Source of the DNA: Callorhinchus milii
Taxonomy: Eukaryota
Direction of reading: 5' to 3'
Assembly: GCF_018977255.1 (NCBI RefSeq)
Contig: NW_024704743.1
Span: 31,250,001-31,314,000, forward strand
DNA: 64,000 bases
The notes below the pieces were generated by a model that searched no databases, was not told the origin of the DNA, and was given only the letters and a program-made list of their open reading frames with translations. The stretch's first letter is position 1; the number at the start of each line of letters is the position of its first letter. This document shows positions 12,812 through 25,606 of the stretch, piece after piece. A program made the translations under genes and the position numbers.

Positions 12812-13475
12812 ATATAGACCAGCCAACCTGTTCCATCAGAAGGACTAGGAGGGGCAGACCAGTCACTGGGACCAGGAATTCTTTCCGCTCATCTTCTGTT
12901 CATCTTGCAAGCCAATGCTCTAACACATAGGGTGGTCCTAGCTAGACAAGCTGATGGAACTTTGCCAGAGAGTTTTTTCAATGGCAAGTTATACGGTTTT
13001 AGCTGGTTAAACTTCAGCAGTACTCCAATGTACACTCTGAGGTCCCCAAACCTTGGCTCTTGCCAACCTGGGCCTCACGCTCTCCAGAATTAAGCTGGAG
13101 CAGAATGCATCCTTCGAGGGAGAGGATGTGTATTCCATTCCAGACACGTGGAAATCTCCATGTGTAATAATAATAATCCTTGCATTTGATGTAGTGCTTT
13201 TCACGTCTTCGAGACATCTCAAAGCGCTTCACAGAATATACTGTAAAGTGAATTGACTGTATATTTTGTGGGCGAAATGTGGCAGCCAATTGCGCACAGC
13301 AGTGTCCCACAAACAGTCATGGATTGAAATGACCAATTTATTATTGTTTTTTTTTGAGGGATTATTATCAGGGGTAAGTAATAAATAATAAAGTAAGTGG
13401 AATACATATGTGAAACTTCCAGTCTGGTTTGGATACTCTCATAGATTTCTGCATGTGTCAAGACACCTGGCTGGC
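12812..13475 (+). repeat. Unclassified dispersed repeat 'family X', split by SINE 13165-13368
   Basis: aatggcaagttatacggttttagctggttaaacttcagcagtac...ctccagaatta...ctggtttggatactctc shared with six other loci. Confidence 0.85.
13165..13368 (-). mobile_element. SINE 3' half
   Basis: taataatccttgcatttgat...gggattatta. Confidence 0.9.
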
Positions 13476-16400
13476 CCCAAACATATGCTGTAAGTAGGCA
13501 CAGTTTAGCATTATGTTGCTGGTTATGATTTTTTTTTAAAAACTGCACACTTTATACCTAAAATTCAAACTACAACTTCTCATTTGCAAGTTATTGAACA
13601 TAGTTGATTTGCAAAGCACATGCAGAACTGGATGTACAGTTTTTAAATTTTTTAATTAACAAGTCATCAATGTGAAAAGAAGTTTTCAGATGTCACGATG
13701 CAAAATGAAAACTGCAGATGGTACACTCCAGCACCAGCCTCACTGTGCCGCCTGGCAAAACTTTTGGGGGCATCACAATTAATTGTATAATAAGATATAA
13801 AATTCAACTATAAAAGTCAACTCATCCTTAAGCCTCTATCAACTTGCTCCTTGTTGAGTTCTTGCCCTTTCATGGAAGGTATGTGCCCCCTATTCTTACT
13901 TCATATTTCCAGTACCTTGCATTTATCTGTACTAAACTTTCAAAGGCTGCCAAGGTACCTCATGATCTCACTTATCAAATCTAATTTTATACAATGCCAT
14001 CTGCCCTGCTTGGGATATTGAGTATTGCTGCTATTTCAGGGTTGACATGATACTTGGAGGGCTTGTTTTCTCTCAGTTACAGTGAGAGCTCCTGTTGTTA
14101 GGAGAGCCAGGTTGTTTCTATGAAAAGCACCAAGGCAACATCTTATGACCCAAGCATTTGTAATTAAATCTTTTACAGTTAGCCATTTACTGGACAACCA
14201 CCAGCTTGGCCCCACATTGTTACCTGTGGTGTCATTTTACTTCAAAGTAAATAATAATCCGGTTTCATAACTAGGCTACTTTATTTCTCTTTCTTTGAAC
14301 AACTGCCAGACCAAAACTAGTCCCAGAAATGTTTTCAGCAGACAGTTAGATGAACGAAAACCTGACTGTCTTCACATGAAGAAACCATTAAAGAAGTCTG
14401 GGATGTTAAACTTTCTTTTATCTGTGAATTACCCATATTCCCAAACATTCAAGCCTGTCCTCAAAAACTAGTTTTAACCTGCCAATATTACAAAGTTTTG
14501 AATTTTGTTTCAAAAAGTTTTCAAAAAGAGGTTATTAATATCACTGTTTCTACACGTTCACGGATGAGACTTCATTCCAAAAGACACAGTCACAGCATTT
14601 CAATGAAGCGTATTCAAAATATCATGAGTAACTAACTAACATTATTAAAATAGAAGAAACGTCATGGTGGGGAGGGAGAAGATATTGCTCTAGATTTTGA
14701 AGACAATAAGACAGTTATAAAATTGTGATTTAAAATGTGATTTTTTTTGCAAATACCTGGGACTAAGTTGCTCCAGTGACGTAACTGACGAGATAGCTGT
14801 CGTACTCTCTGAAAGTGATCCTATTGGATTTAATAGGAACGGGCACTCTGCATAAGCATAAAAAGCTAATCCTAGGGTGAATGGGCCTCAGAAAAAGCAG
14901 AACTAACTGGATATTTCTGCACACCTGAGAATACTTTATGCTCCCGGGGGAAGATCAGTTCTTGGGTGGGCTCCAAGGTTGATCTAAAGAATCTCCACAC
15001 TCCTTAAATTAAACGGAGCTACTCACAACTCTCCTATCAAGGACTTCACAGGAAAAGTAGCTTCCAGATGTTTCACAAAAGCAAGGAGTCCTTTTTTTAG
15101 AATGTTGGGCTTTTTCTCACCATCTCTGGGAAAGTAATCCAAACCAAAATTACTCCCGTGGACTTTCCTTTTACTTTTAGGAAAATAAATCGGGCGGCAT
15201 TCAACCCTTAAAGAAATTGTTGCCGAAACATATGGACACTTTAAGTTAAAGGTGCTTCTAAGCAGCCACTTTCAGTTCTTGCAAATCAAAGGGAGTGTTA
15301 GCGAGTGAGAATAATGCAAAATTAGGTCAAGAAAGTAGAATTCAGTGTTACCACTCGGGACTATGACATGATGGATAGAAAGTGGGATCAGAAACTATAA
15401 TCTTTCCATTTGATTATAATTTCTTGGGTTAGGTAAAATTCTTAGATCAGCATAGGCACAGAATTGGGAAAAAGACTGAGAAGTATCTCCATGCCAGCCA
15501 AGGTAAGATGTTTGGCTACCAGAAAAGCTTGCTAATGTTCCAGTCTGAGACTGGAACTAAGAGAAATGCATCTTTCAGATAAGTATTTTTAAATCCACTC
15601 TAGGTATAGGTAAAGAAAACCCTATTAGCGTATGAATTAGTTGATGTAGATCCCATGCTGAGACCAGGAGATTTGTTGGAAGCTTTAAATGCTTAGCTTC
15701 CTTCATATAACAGGAAATCAAGAGACACAATCTTAAAAGATCTCCCCTCAAACAAGTGAACAAAACTCAGATACAGGCAGTACATCTCCTTTAATGGAGC
15801 TTTGTTGAATGAATCCAAAGCCTCAACTGCTCTGTTTCTATTAACTATCATGATAGAAACCTAACCGCCTCCATCACCCAAGCCAATAGAAATAGAATCC
15901 AGTTATGTACCTCAAAACATACCACTTTGATTGCGCATGCAGTCATCTTTTCCCTCTCTCCCATTCTTCCCAACCATGCCTTAGTTCGGGTGCCCATTCA
16001 GCACTGTGAAGCTCTTTAAAACGTCCCCTGGCCATGAAAGACGCTAGTATAAATGTAAGATGCGTGTATGTATAAAGGTACTATTTTACTCATATTGATC
16101 GTCACTCTCAGTATAGGTAAATAACATCCTTTGGTAACTTTTCACCCCATCACGCAATTTCGCACATGTGTATAACAGGAATTATTTTTTCTTATACAAT
16201 ATAGGGTTTGTCATTGTGCACCTTTAACTGAGATCAATTGAATGCAGCTCTTTTCTCCCTGTTCCCTGAATGTTCTGTTGAAAAAGCATTCTGTGAAAGT
16301 TGCACAGAACTTTGGCTGAGTATGAAAGCTTTCTTGTTTGGTGACAGTCTGTGCACCCACATTGCTGGCCTGTGATGACTTAGCTAGCAGGAAGTGCACC

Positions 16401-16479
16401 CAACCCCCCCAAAATAAGATATTGACTAAGAATAAATTGGGGGCCATTTGCATCAAAGAATTGCAGATCATTGTGGTAT

Positions 16480-16930
16480 ACCCATTCTCGCCTGACTCCA
16501 TTGGCTCCCTATCCTTCAGAGGATCCAGTTCAAGATCCTGGTCCTCACCTACAAAGCCCTCCATGGCCTTGCCCCACCCTACCTCTGTGACCTCCTAACC
16601 CCCTACCAACCTGCTCGTTTCCTCCGCTCAGCCTGCTTCACGTACCCCGACCCATCCGCCCCACCATTGGTGGGAGAGCCTTCAGCCACTCTGCCCCCAA
16701 ACTCTGGAATTCCATCCTCCAATCTCTCCACCTCGCCCTCTCCTTAGCCTCCTTCCAAGTCCTGCCTCAAAACCCTCCTCTTCGACCATGCCATCAGTCA
16801 CCCCCCTTCCCCTCCCCTCCCTTCTCCCCCCCGACCCCAGCTCGGGTCTGAAATTCTGTACACTGTACAGTGCCTTGGGTCGTCCTCCCGATGTGAAATG
16901 CGCTATACAAATGTAATCCTGTTGTTGTTG
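16480..16930 (+). mobile_element. L2 3' fragment (tail type A)
   Basis: ctccattggctccctatccttcagaggatccagttcaagatcctgg (LHWLPI..IQFKIL); tail cgctatacaaatgtaatcct(gtt)n. Confidence 0.92.
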
Positions 16931-17707
16931 TCTCCACTTGCCTGAAAACACTGCCTCCAGAGCAGATGCAATGTGACCAATTATCCTGCCTCCACTGGTG
17001 CTAACTGTAAGCTTGTGAAAAACATTTCTTTTAGGAGGTTGTTGTCGGTGCCTCCAGAAACAGGAGGGCTGTCTCGTTTAGCTCATTGTAATGCTGCCGG
17101 TGGCAGAGCTGCGAGGTAAATGTGGCCATAAACTCTCTCGACAGGTGGGAACCTGCAAAGCATATGGTCATGCAGTACATTCGTTTTAAGCGTTCCAATT
17201 CTTGACTTTTGTGGGCAGTTAGCTTTCCTTGTAAAGTCAAAACAGGAGTAGGGAAAACCGAATGTAAAAGCAAAAGTGAAGCACATAAAATATGGCAGTA
17301 CATATTTAGCTACAGCAGATACTCAGCACTGAGCCTGCATTCATTTTTATTTCAGTACCTTTTAAATCAATGTTTTAATATAACTGCTCTGTCTCTGATG
17401 TGGTCAGACCGTAAGCTAGTAATTGATTAACTGGCTGGCACAATGAGCCAGAAACTGTTTGTTTCTTTGGTTCAATTTGTCGTTATCCACAAACAATGAC
17501 TTCAAACTTGTATGGTATTAATTATGAATTTGGGTCTGGTGTCAATTGAAGCATGATCCTGGTTACTATGTGCAGCCTCTACAGGCTGAATCAATTTAAA
17601 GTTGAGAGTTTTGTGTTTCTGACAACGAAGCCACATGTGTCTCACAGCACATATAACATGGCTGATGTCACTGAAATCAATTTTTAAAAAAATAAAAACA
17701 TACACGA

Positions 17708-18088
17708 TCTTGCTCCCCCCTACCTCTCCAATCTCCTAAACCCTTACCATCCTGTTCGCTCCCTCCGCTCAGCGTGCTCCGGTCTGCTTCACGTCCCCCG
17801 CCTTGCTTGCCCCACTATTGGCAAGCGGGCCTTCCGCCACTCTGCCCCCACCCTCTGGAACTCCATCCCACAGTCCCTCCATCTCGCCCCCACCCTCGCC
17901 ACCTTCAAGACCCACCTCAAGACCCTCCTCTTCAACCGTGTTTTCGATCTACCTGCTTCCCCCCTGCCCTCCACCTTCCCCCAACCCCGATCCTCAGCTT
18001 GGGTCTGTAACTGTCTGTCCAGCGCCTTGGGACGTCCTCCCGACATGAAAGGCGCTATACAAATGTAATTTTGTTGTTGTTGTTGTTG
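17708..18088 (+). mobile_element. L2 3' fragment (tail type A), young
   Basis: CpG-rich; ends agcgccttgggacgtcctcccgacatgaaaggcgctatacaaatgtaatttt(gtt)n. Confidence 0.92.
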
Positions 18089-18175
18089 TATAGAACAGGC
18101 GACAGGATGGAGGAACTGGGGATCCTACTGAGTCTCACCAACCATTAATTCCAAATACAATGAACTCCCCCATTA

Positions 18176-18625
18176 AAACAACCTGCATTATATTGCACCC
18201 TTCACGTAGGATAATGCTTCTGAGCTTCACAATGGTTGACAAAGAGCAAGCGCCGAGCAGCGGAATGCGGGGGAAGAAGGTGATCAAAGGTGCAGTCATA
18301 GAGATAGGATTTTAGGCAGGTCTTCAACATAGATAGATAGAGAGGGGGCGAGACAGAGGTTTGAAAGGAGTTCCAGAGGTTACGGGCATAGAATTGGCGA
18401 GCTCGGCTACCAATGGTGGTGCAGGTAGGGCTGGAGATGGGCAGCATATCTGCATTAACCAAACAAAAGGGTGAGCAGAGGTGTATGGAAGGCAGAGATC
18501 AGAGTCATAAGTTAGTGCTGGGGCATGAAGGGATTCTTGTAGGTCAGGATGAGAACCTTGAAATCGACCCACTGAGACAGTGAGCCAGAGGAGCCTAGCA
18601 AAGACTGCGATGATGGACATGTGGA
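18176..18625 (-). mobile_element. L2 3' fragment (tail type B), diverged
   Basis: Reverse strand encodes FARLLWLTV and RNLWNS; tail acaacctgcattatattgcacccttcacg. Confidence 0.8.
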
Positions 18626-18692
18626 GTTTGGTGCAGTTTATGGAAGGTGGAGCTATGGAGACCAATGAGATGTGTGTTAGAAAAATCCTTCA

Positions 18693-19015
18693 TGTAGGAT
18701 GGTCCCAGCGTGACAAGCAGTTGGAAAGATGGCTGGACAGCAATATCAATGGCAAGCTATGTGATTTTAGCTGGTTAGACTCCAGCAGTACCCCAACACA
18801 CACTCGGGGTTCCCCAAACCTGCGCTTAATACTTTCCGGAATTAGGTAAGCAGGATGCGTTCCTCCAGGTAGAAAGTGTGCATTCCATTCCAGCAATCTA
18901 TCTCTGGGATTTCCATGTGTAGGTGGGATGTGTGGAAATCTCAGCTTGGTTTGGATACTCTTAAGCATGGTGATGGGTTTCCACATGTGTTAGACACCCG
19001 GCTGAACAAAAAAAA
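18693..19015 (+). repeat. Family X repeat copy
   Basis: Same core as 12812; ends gacacccggctgaacaaaaaaaa. Confidence 0.85.
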
Positions 19016-20057
19016 TTCATTTAAGATAACATCTCAGATAACACTGGCTAACGCCTTCGGCAGCATTTAGAGTGAGGTGGAGAAAAGCAGTCTAGATTTG
19101 AATAGACTAACTGCATGGCAGGAAAAGGTTAAAATCACCATAATTTCATCAAACTTAAAAATAAAATGTCCTGCAGAACATACAGTATTTATGACTTGCA
19201 GCCAGCAGCCGTTTGCCTGAAATGTGGCTTGTTTACATTAAGCTAAAATACCACTTTAAAAGTTGAGCCAAAAAAACATGCCTCTTGAAATGTTATTTTC
19301 CACCGTGACAGACGTTATTCACCGCAACATTTTTGCCCCAGACATTTCAGTCATCTATTATGAGGTCACGAACCGATTCCTTCCCAATCGTCAGAGCACT
19401 GACAGTTGTCACAGTAACACATTTCGTTCAAAGTTGTTGATGAAATTGCTAACCAACCAATTGCACTCCTTGGAAGCCACCAAAAAAACAATCAGTCATT
19501 GTACAAATATCAATCTTCGTGTATTCAAATGTATACCAATTCTGACAAGAATTGGGCAAGTTTGTAAGTAAAGCAGTCCAATCTTCCCCCACAACAACTG
19601 GTTCATATGCCAAATTTTGAGTATTATAAAGGTACGATACTGAAACCATGAAACACTTTGACCTCGATTTGTACTAAAGTTGACTGTGGTGGCAATGCTC
19701 CAATGTCAGAGTAACAGATAACAATCATACCTACAAAGCAGTTGAGATATACTTCAAAACCTGGCCGCTTTTAGACCTATCCAGAAAGAACGTCTGTATA
19801 GCCCATGTGGTTTTCATATTGACCTTAACCGAGATCCGATAAAGTTTATAGTCAGAATTGAAAGATGCCATTTGCTATTTCCAAATACATAGCGATGCAA
19901 AACTGAGGCTCTTCCTCAGTTGTGCTATCGAAATCTATCCTGCAATGCAAAGTTCCAAAAAACAGGGGTGGGTGGTCAAGCATTATAGAACCATTTCTCA
20001 TTCAAGTTTCTGTAATGTAACATGGGTGGAATATATATCTCACCACTCTGAAATTTG

Positions 20058-20243
20058 AACTGGCTCATCAGCAGTATTTGGAAGGGCAGACCAGGCACCC
20101 GGGGCAGAGAACCATCCCACTCAGCTCCTGTTAACCCTGCAACCCAAAGCCCTAATGGGTAGGTTGGTGCTAGCTGGACAAGCTTGCTAGTCAGCAATAT
20201 CATTGGCAACCTATGAGGTTTTAGCTGGTAAGACTCCAGCAAT
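20058..20243 (+). repeat. Family X repeat, 5' portion
   Basis: cccactcagctcctgttaaccctgcaacccaaagcccta...ttttagctggtaagactccagca. Confidence 0.8.
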
Positions 20244-21180
20244 GTCTCATCCGAGCAAATGCAGCGCTCCCAATGGACTGTGCTGGAGTGTCAATCTGGA
20301 CCTTGAGTTCAAAATCCCAAAGTGCATTTTGAACAAATAACCTTCCAACTCAGTAAAAGGAGTTTCTCCCGGTATCCCAAAAATACAATGAAATAAAATT
20401 AGCAATCCCCAAAATAAAATGGCACAAATTGGCCTTTGGCTTATGCAAAAGAGAGTCTTTGCCAGTTCACGTTGATGTTAAAGATTCCATGACTCTAATT
20501 GAAAAGAGAAAGGAATTTCTTGTGGCGTCCCGGCCAACAATTCACAGAATAAAAATAATAATAATCCTTGCATTTTATATAGTGGTTTATCGTTGAGATG
20601 TTTCAAAGCATTTCACAGGTTGTACTGTAAAGTAGATTGACCATGTATTTTGTGAGCAAAATAACTTGCTGACGTACTGAAATACTGTACAAATGGTCTG
20701 CAACCGAAGCAAATTCAGAGTATAGTTCACAAAAGCAGCATTCACACAATGCTATTTTATCTTCACAATACCGCAACATTAAATATGTTATGATTAATAG
20801 CTAGTGTAGCAACTGATTTCAGTTATTGAATTATATTATTTCCTCGTCTAACCCTAAACTTACATGCTTTGCCACCGGTCGTGAGTCACTCTTTCAAAAT
20901 ATCAAAGACAAAGGGATTTTGGACAGATATTAATTAACTTTTAACTAACAGACAAGTACTTCCTGCCAGGTCAAACTTGTTGATGCATGCTTGATGCCTA
21001 CAGGCACTTCCTGTGGTATCATAATTTTGTGAGCTCAACTCCAATCATAAGAAAACTGGCAATTGTACGAACAGATATCTATAATAAAAGTAGTTGTTCT
21101 ATTGAACAACTTGCTCTTGCACAGGGCCTTTTAGGTAGGATGAACATTTCGATTCGCTTAACAAATCTAATAAAATAATC

Positions 21181-21326
21181 ACAACAACAACAAATTACAT
21201 TTGTATAGCACCTTTCACGTCACAAGGACGTCCAACAACAACAACAAGATTGCATTTATAGAGCGCCTTTCACGTTGGGAGGACGTCCCAAGGCGCTGGA
21301 CAGTTGGGTCGAGATCTGAGTAGGGG
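21181..21326 (-). mobile_element. Two tandem L2 type-A tails; the second is probably the displaced 3' end of L2 21683-22675
   Basis: Two (caa)n + cattt(g/a)ta..gc(a/g)cctttcacgt units at 21181-21233 and 21234-21326. Confidence 0.85.
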
Positions 21327-21651
21327 TAATATAATAATAATAATAATCCTTACATTTGATATAGCGCTTTTCACGTCGGGAGGACGTCCCAAAGCGCTGC
21401 ACAGAACACACTGTAAAGTGAATTGACTGTATATTTGTGGGCAAAAGCGGCAGCCAATTGCGCACAGCAATGTGCCACAAACAGTCGTAGATTGAAAATG
21501 ACCAATTTTATTATTGTTTTTGGTTTTGGAGGGATTATTATTAGGCGTGTGGAGTAAGGAAACTTGCCCAAGGTTTCGCCTTGCCTGGAATTGAACTCAG
21601 GTCTCTCACTTGCAAAGCGAGTGCTCTAACCACTGAGCTACAGGACTCCAC
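21327..21651 (-). mobile_element. Full-length SINE, young subfamily
   Basis: Near-identical to 52687-53011 in reverse; A and B boxes intact. Confidence 0.95.
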
Positions 21652-21682
21652 GTAAATGGTAAATGGTAAATGGGTAAATGGT

Positions 21683-22675
21683 CAGGGTGAGGGAAGGAGG
21701 GAGCGAGGAGGGAGTAGAGAGTCGAGAGGGGAGCTGAAGGCACGGTTGAAGAGAAAGGTCTTGAGACTGGCCTTGAAGGAGGAAAGGGAGGAAGCAAGGC
21801 GAAGGCACTGGGGGATGGAGTTCCAGAGCCTAGGTAGGGCGGTTAGGGCGGGGGATGTGGAGCAGATGGTAAGGCGTTTAGGGCGTGGGATGTGGAGCAG
21901 ACCGGAGCCAGAGGAACGGAGGGTATGGGCAGGTAAGTAGGGGGATAGTAGGTCGGAGAGGTAGGAGGGAGTGAATGGCCTTGTAGATGAGGATCTTCGA
22001 TCCTCTGAAGGATGGGGAGCCAGTGGAGGCGAGCGAGGGTGGGAGTTATGTGGTCGTGAAGCCTGGTGCGGGACAGTACACGAGCTGCAGAGTTCTGAAT
22101 GACCTGCAGCTTGTGGAGGGAGGTGCCGGGAAGGCCGGCGAGGAGAGAGTTCCTATAGTCCAGCCTTGAGGTGATGAAGGCGTGGACCAGGGTTTCAGCA
22201 GCGTGAGGGGTGAGGTAGTGCCGTAGTCTGGCGATGTTCCGGAGGTGGTGGAAGGCGGTGCCAGTTGTGGCGCGGATGTGGGGAAGAAAGGACAGCTCAG
22301 GGTCGAACAGAACGCCGAGGTTCCTGACTGGCTTTGAGAGGTGGAGAGTGCAGCCTTGGATGCTGATGCTGTCAGTGCCTGAGGTGCGGAGGCACTGACG
22401 TGAGCCAATCAGGAGGGCCTCAGTTTTGCGCACGTTGAGCTGAAGAAAGTTGTCTCTCGTCCAGGACTCAATGTCGGACAGGCTGTCAGGACATCGGTGG
22501 TCGTGGAGTTGAGGGTAGAGGAGGAAAGGTAGAGTTGGGTGTCATCCGCATACATGTGGAAGTTAACCCCATGTCTGCGGATGATGTCACCAAGGGGGAG
22601 CATTAGAGGGTGAAGAGGAGGGGACCGAGGACAGAGGCCTTAGGGACGCCGCACGAGACAGTGCGGGGGCTGGAG
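21683..22675 (-). mobile_element. L2 ORF2 fragment (RT and C-terminus), frameshifted
   Basis: [38 protein letters not shown]...RNLGVLFDPELSF...AETLVHAFITSRLDYRNSLLAGLP. Confidence 0.95.
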
Positions 22676-22975
22676 GAAAAGCCTCCAAAGGTGCTGGACA
22701 CTCAGGGATCCGCACCCGAGCTGGTGGTTGGGATCAAAAGGGCGGGGAGGGTAGGTGTAGGAGGGTGACTGAAGGCAAGGTCGAAGAGGAGGGTTTGTGA
22801 GATGGAGTTCCAGAGGGTGGGGGCAGAGAAGCTGAAGGCCCGACAACCAATAATGGGGCGGGCAAGGCGGGGGACGTGAAGCAGGCAGGAGCCCGCTGGG
22901 TCGAGGCAGTGGACAGATTGGTAGGGGGTTAGGAGATCACAGAGGTAGAGAGGAGCAAGGCCGTGCAGGAAGTTT
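22676..22975 (-). mobile_element. L2 type-A 3' fragment lacking terminal tail, abutting next L2
   Basis: LHGLAPLYLCDLL...RAFSFSAPTLWNSI. Confidence 0.88.
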
Positions 22976-25498
22976 GTACTGAGTACTAAGTACAAATACG
23001 AAGCATGGAATTGAGTGATTTAGGTGATTTAGCAGTCAGAGACTGGTTTTCAAGAAGGTTTTGAAGGTAAGGGAGAGCAAAAGAAGGAGAAAGATTTTGG
23101 ACAAAAGTTCCAGGGGACAGGGGACATGGTGACAGAAGTTATTTGTTTGTTATTTATGTAAAATAGTATTGTGATGTTAACAGAATACTGTAGTGGCAGT
23201 GATTGAAGATATCTCTCATTGTATTAATATAAGCATAGGTAAATCTGCAATCTCACACTTCTTTGCCATATATCAAAAAACAATAATACATAGAACAAAA
23301 GTAGATGGTTTGTTACAAAAAGACCTGTGGTTTACAAAAATAGCGAGAGGTACAGAAGGAGCTTTGTTTAATACAGCTAGGTGGGAGGTCACAGTACACC
23401 TGAATGGCAACTGAAAGCTGAGCTTCATTTGGCAGAATAGGTATTACAGACTCTTTGCTCCTAATTGGTCCTGGCATAATATAAATCCACCTGAGGAATG
23501 TTTCATGCTGGGACAATTTCAGAGGGTGCACGTGAACAGCCATATGGGGATGCATTAACACTGCCTATTATCTGATTTCAGCAAATGAATAACAACATAG
23601 ATGCAAATTTTGTTTCATACTTGCTGGAGTAGTGTAAATGGAGCCCCTATGTTGACGGACAAGGCTAGATGAAGGTACAGATAAGTGTCCCTAAATGGGA
23701 ACTACAGCGATGAGCTTCATTTTGGGTTAGCATTAATCCATCTTGCTACAAAAGGGGGCACAAAAGAAGAGCTAACTGTGACAAGTAGGCAGTGAAGTAT
23801 CAGGAAAATCCGAAGAATATTGCTGTGCAGTTGATGAGTTCTACAGGTAACATCCCAATCTTCTCCAGATGCTAATCAAAATTAGCAACTTGGCCTAAAC
23901 GCAGAAATGCTTTTATTTACTCTGGGTAGAACATCAGGCTGGATAGGATTCATAACTCAAAGAGCACCAACACTCCAGAAAATCTAGGCTGACCAGACTA
24001 TTTCATAAAACCTTTCTACTCACGTCTTGTAAACTGAAATATCTCTTTGTGTTACAGTGATAAAGCGAATCAGAATTAAAAATTGAAAAAATGTCATAAG
24101 AAATAAAAACTGCCTCATATTTCCCTCCTATTTTCTCTTTTTCTATATTTACTATTTTATATTTTGTGAAAGTACTTAGTTAATGAATTGTAACTTTTTT
24201 TTCTTTCAGTTCACCTTTTACGGTGTGTTTTGAAATTGAAATGGTTTTCAACCTTGCAGCACAAAATTCAAATTTGTGTTAATTTATTTCAAAATAGATT
24301 ACCAATATTTTATAATACCCTATATATTTCATTAACCCTCAATCTGTCAAGTGACATTATGGCCACTTGCAGTAAAGCTATGTTGAACATTGATAATTTT
24401 CAGTTATACTCCCATGGCACAAAACAGGAAACTCACGACAGTAAAGAGCAATTGTTGTGTTAATTTTACTGGCAAAGAAAAAGAAAACTGAAGGTACAAT
24501 AAGACGCATCATGTAAGCAAACTGCATACAGACCATAATGCCTACACTACATCATCAGAACCAAGCCAGATGTTATACGCTAACCATGGCACGCACTAGT
24601 GAAAATGAATAGAACAATTCTATTGCTCATAAACAACAGACCTTATTTTTCAAATTCATACACACACACTTATCATAATTTTATGCATAGCTTTCTGTCA
24701 GCGAAGTAGATTGGAAGTTTTCCTGCAAGGTTTCCACGTGAGTAGTTTCAGGTTTCAGCAAGATACTGCTAAACCTCATTTGGTTGCTTGCTCAAATGAA
24801 CAGGATTGGAGAAGCCAAATGACATCCACTTCTGCACAACTCAACAACAACGACAAGTTGCATTTACATAGCAACCCTTCATGTGGGAGAACGTCTCAGA
24901 GAGGAACTCAATATGAAAAAAGCATTAAAATTGATCACATCAAAGTTCTAGAGTGAGACGGTATTTTACAACTGGGAAAGAACTTGTTAAGAGGGGTATT
25001 AAAGCAGACACAGCAGTGTTATTTAACTCATTGCACACCATGTCCAAACACTGTGAGGCAGCAGCAGCAAAAACAACTTGTACTTTTATAACTCCCTTCA
25101 CGTGGCATCTCAAGCCTCTCAGAACACTGTGAGGTAGCAATAAACAAGGAAACAGCATGATGGGATTATTTTGCCAAATTAGTTGCTTTCAGATCACCCA
25201 TAAATCTGCTCGAAATGTGCAGTGCTAATGTGCAGCAGAGGAAATAACATACATGTAAGCTCCATTCAAGTTATTGTCAAGTGAAAAGAGGGAGAAAAAA
25301 TATACAAAATGATTTGTAGCACTTGCAAAGGACAATAAGTATTCTTTACAGGCAATGGGAGACATCATTGTTTGTACAAAGGCTTTTTGGTTATAATAAG
25401 ATTAAAGGAAACAAAGATAGTTGATAAATGTTGCTTTATCGAGGAACTACCAAAACATGAAATAGGAAGGCACTATAATGTTTAAAAACCCAGCTCAC

Positions 25499-25547
25499 CT
25501 TTAATTGTTTCTTCAACAACTTCAATGACACGGTCTATTTGTTGAAC
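25499..25547 (-). CDS. CDKAL1: CDKAL1 coding exon (49 bp; equivalent to human exon 7)
   Basis: Acceptor tcttttttccacccccatttcag|GTT, donor AAAG|gtgagc. Translates VQQIDRVIEVVEETIK+G; phase 0 in, phase 1 out. Too short for the ORF track. Confidence 0.97.
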
Positions 25548-25606
25548 CTGAAATGGGGGTGGAAAAAAGATTACAGCTATAAACAATACTTCATTAAAAC
25601 ACATTC

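Noticed and set aside
19731..19939. AG/GT-bounded segment on the minus strand
   Set aside because: Stops in all three frames; no similarity to CDKAL1.
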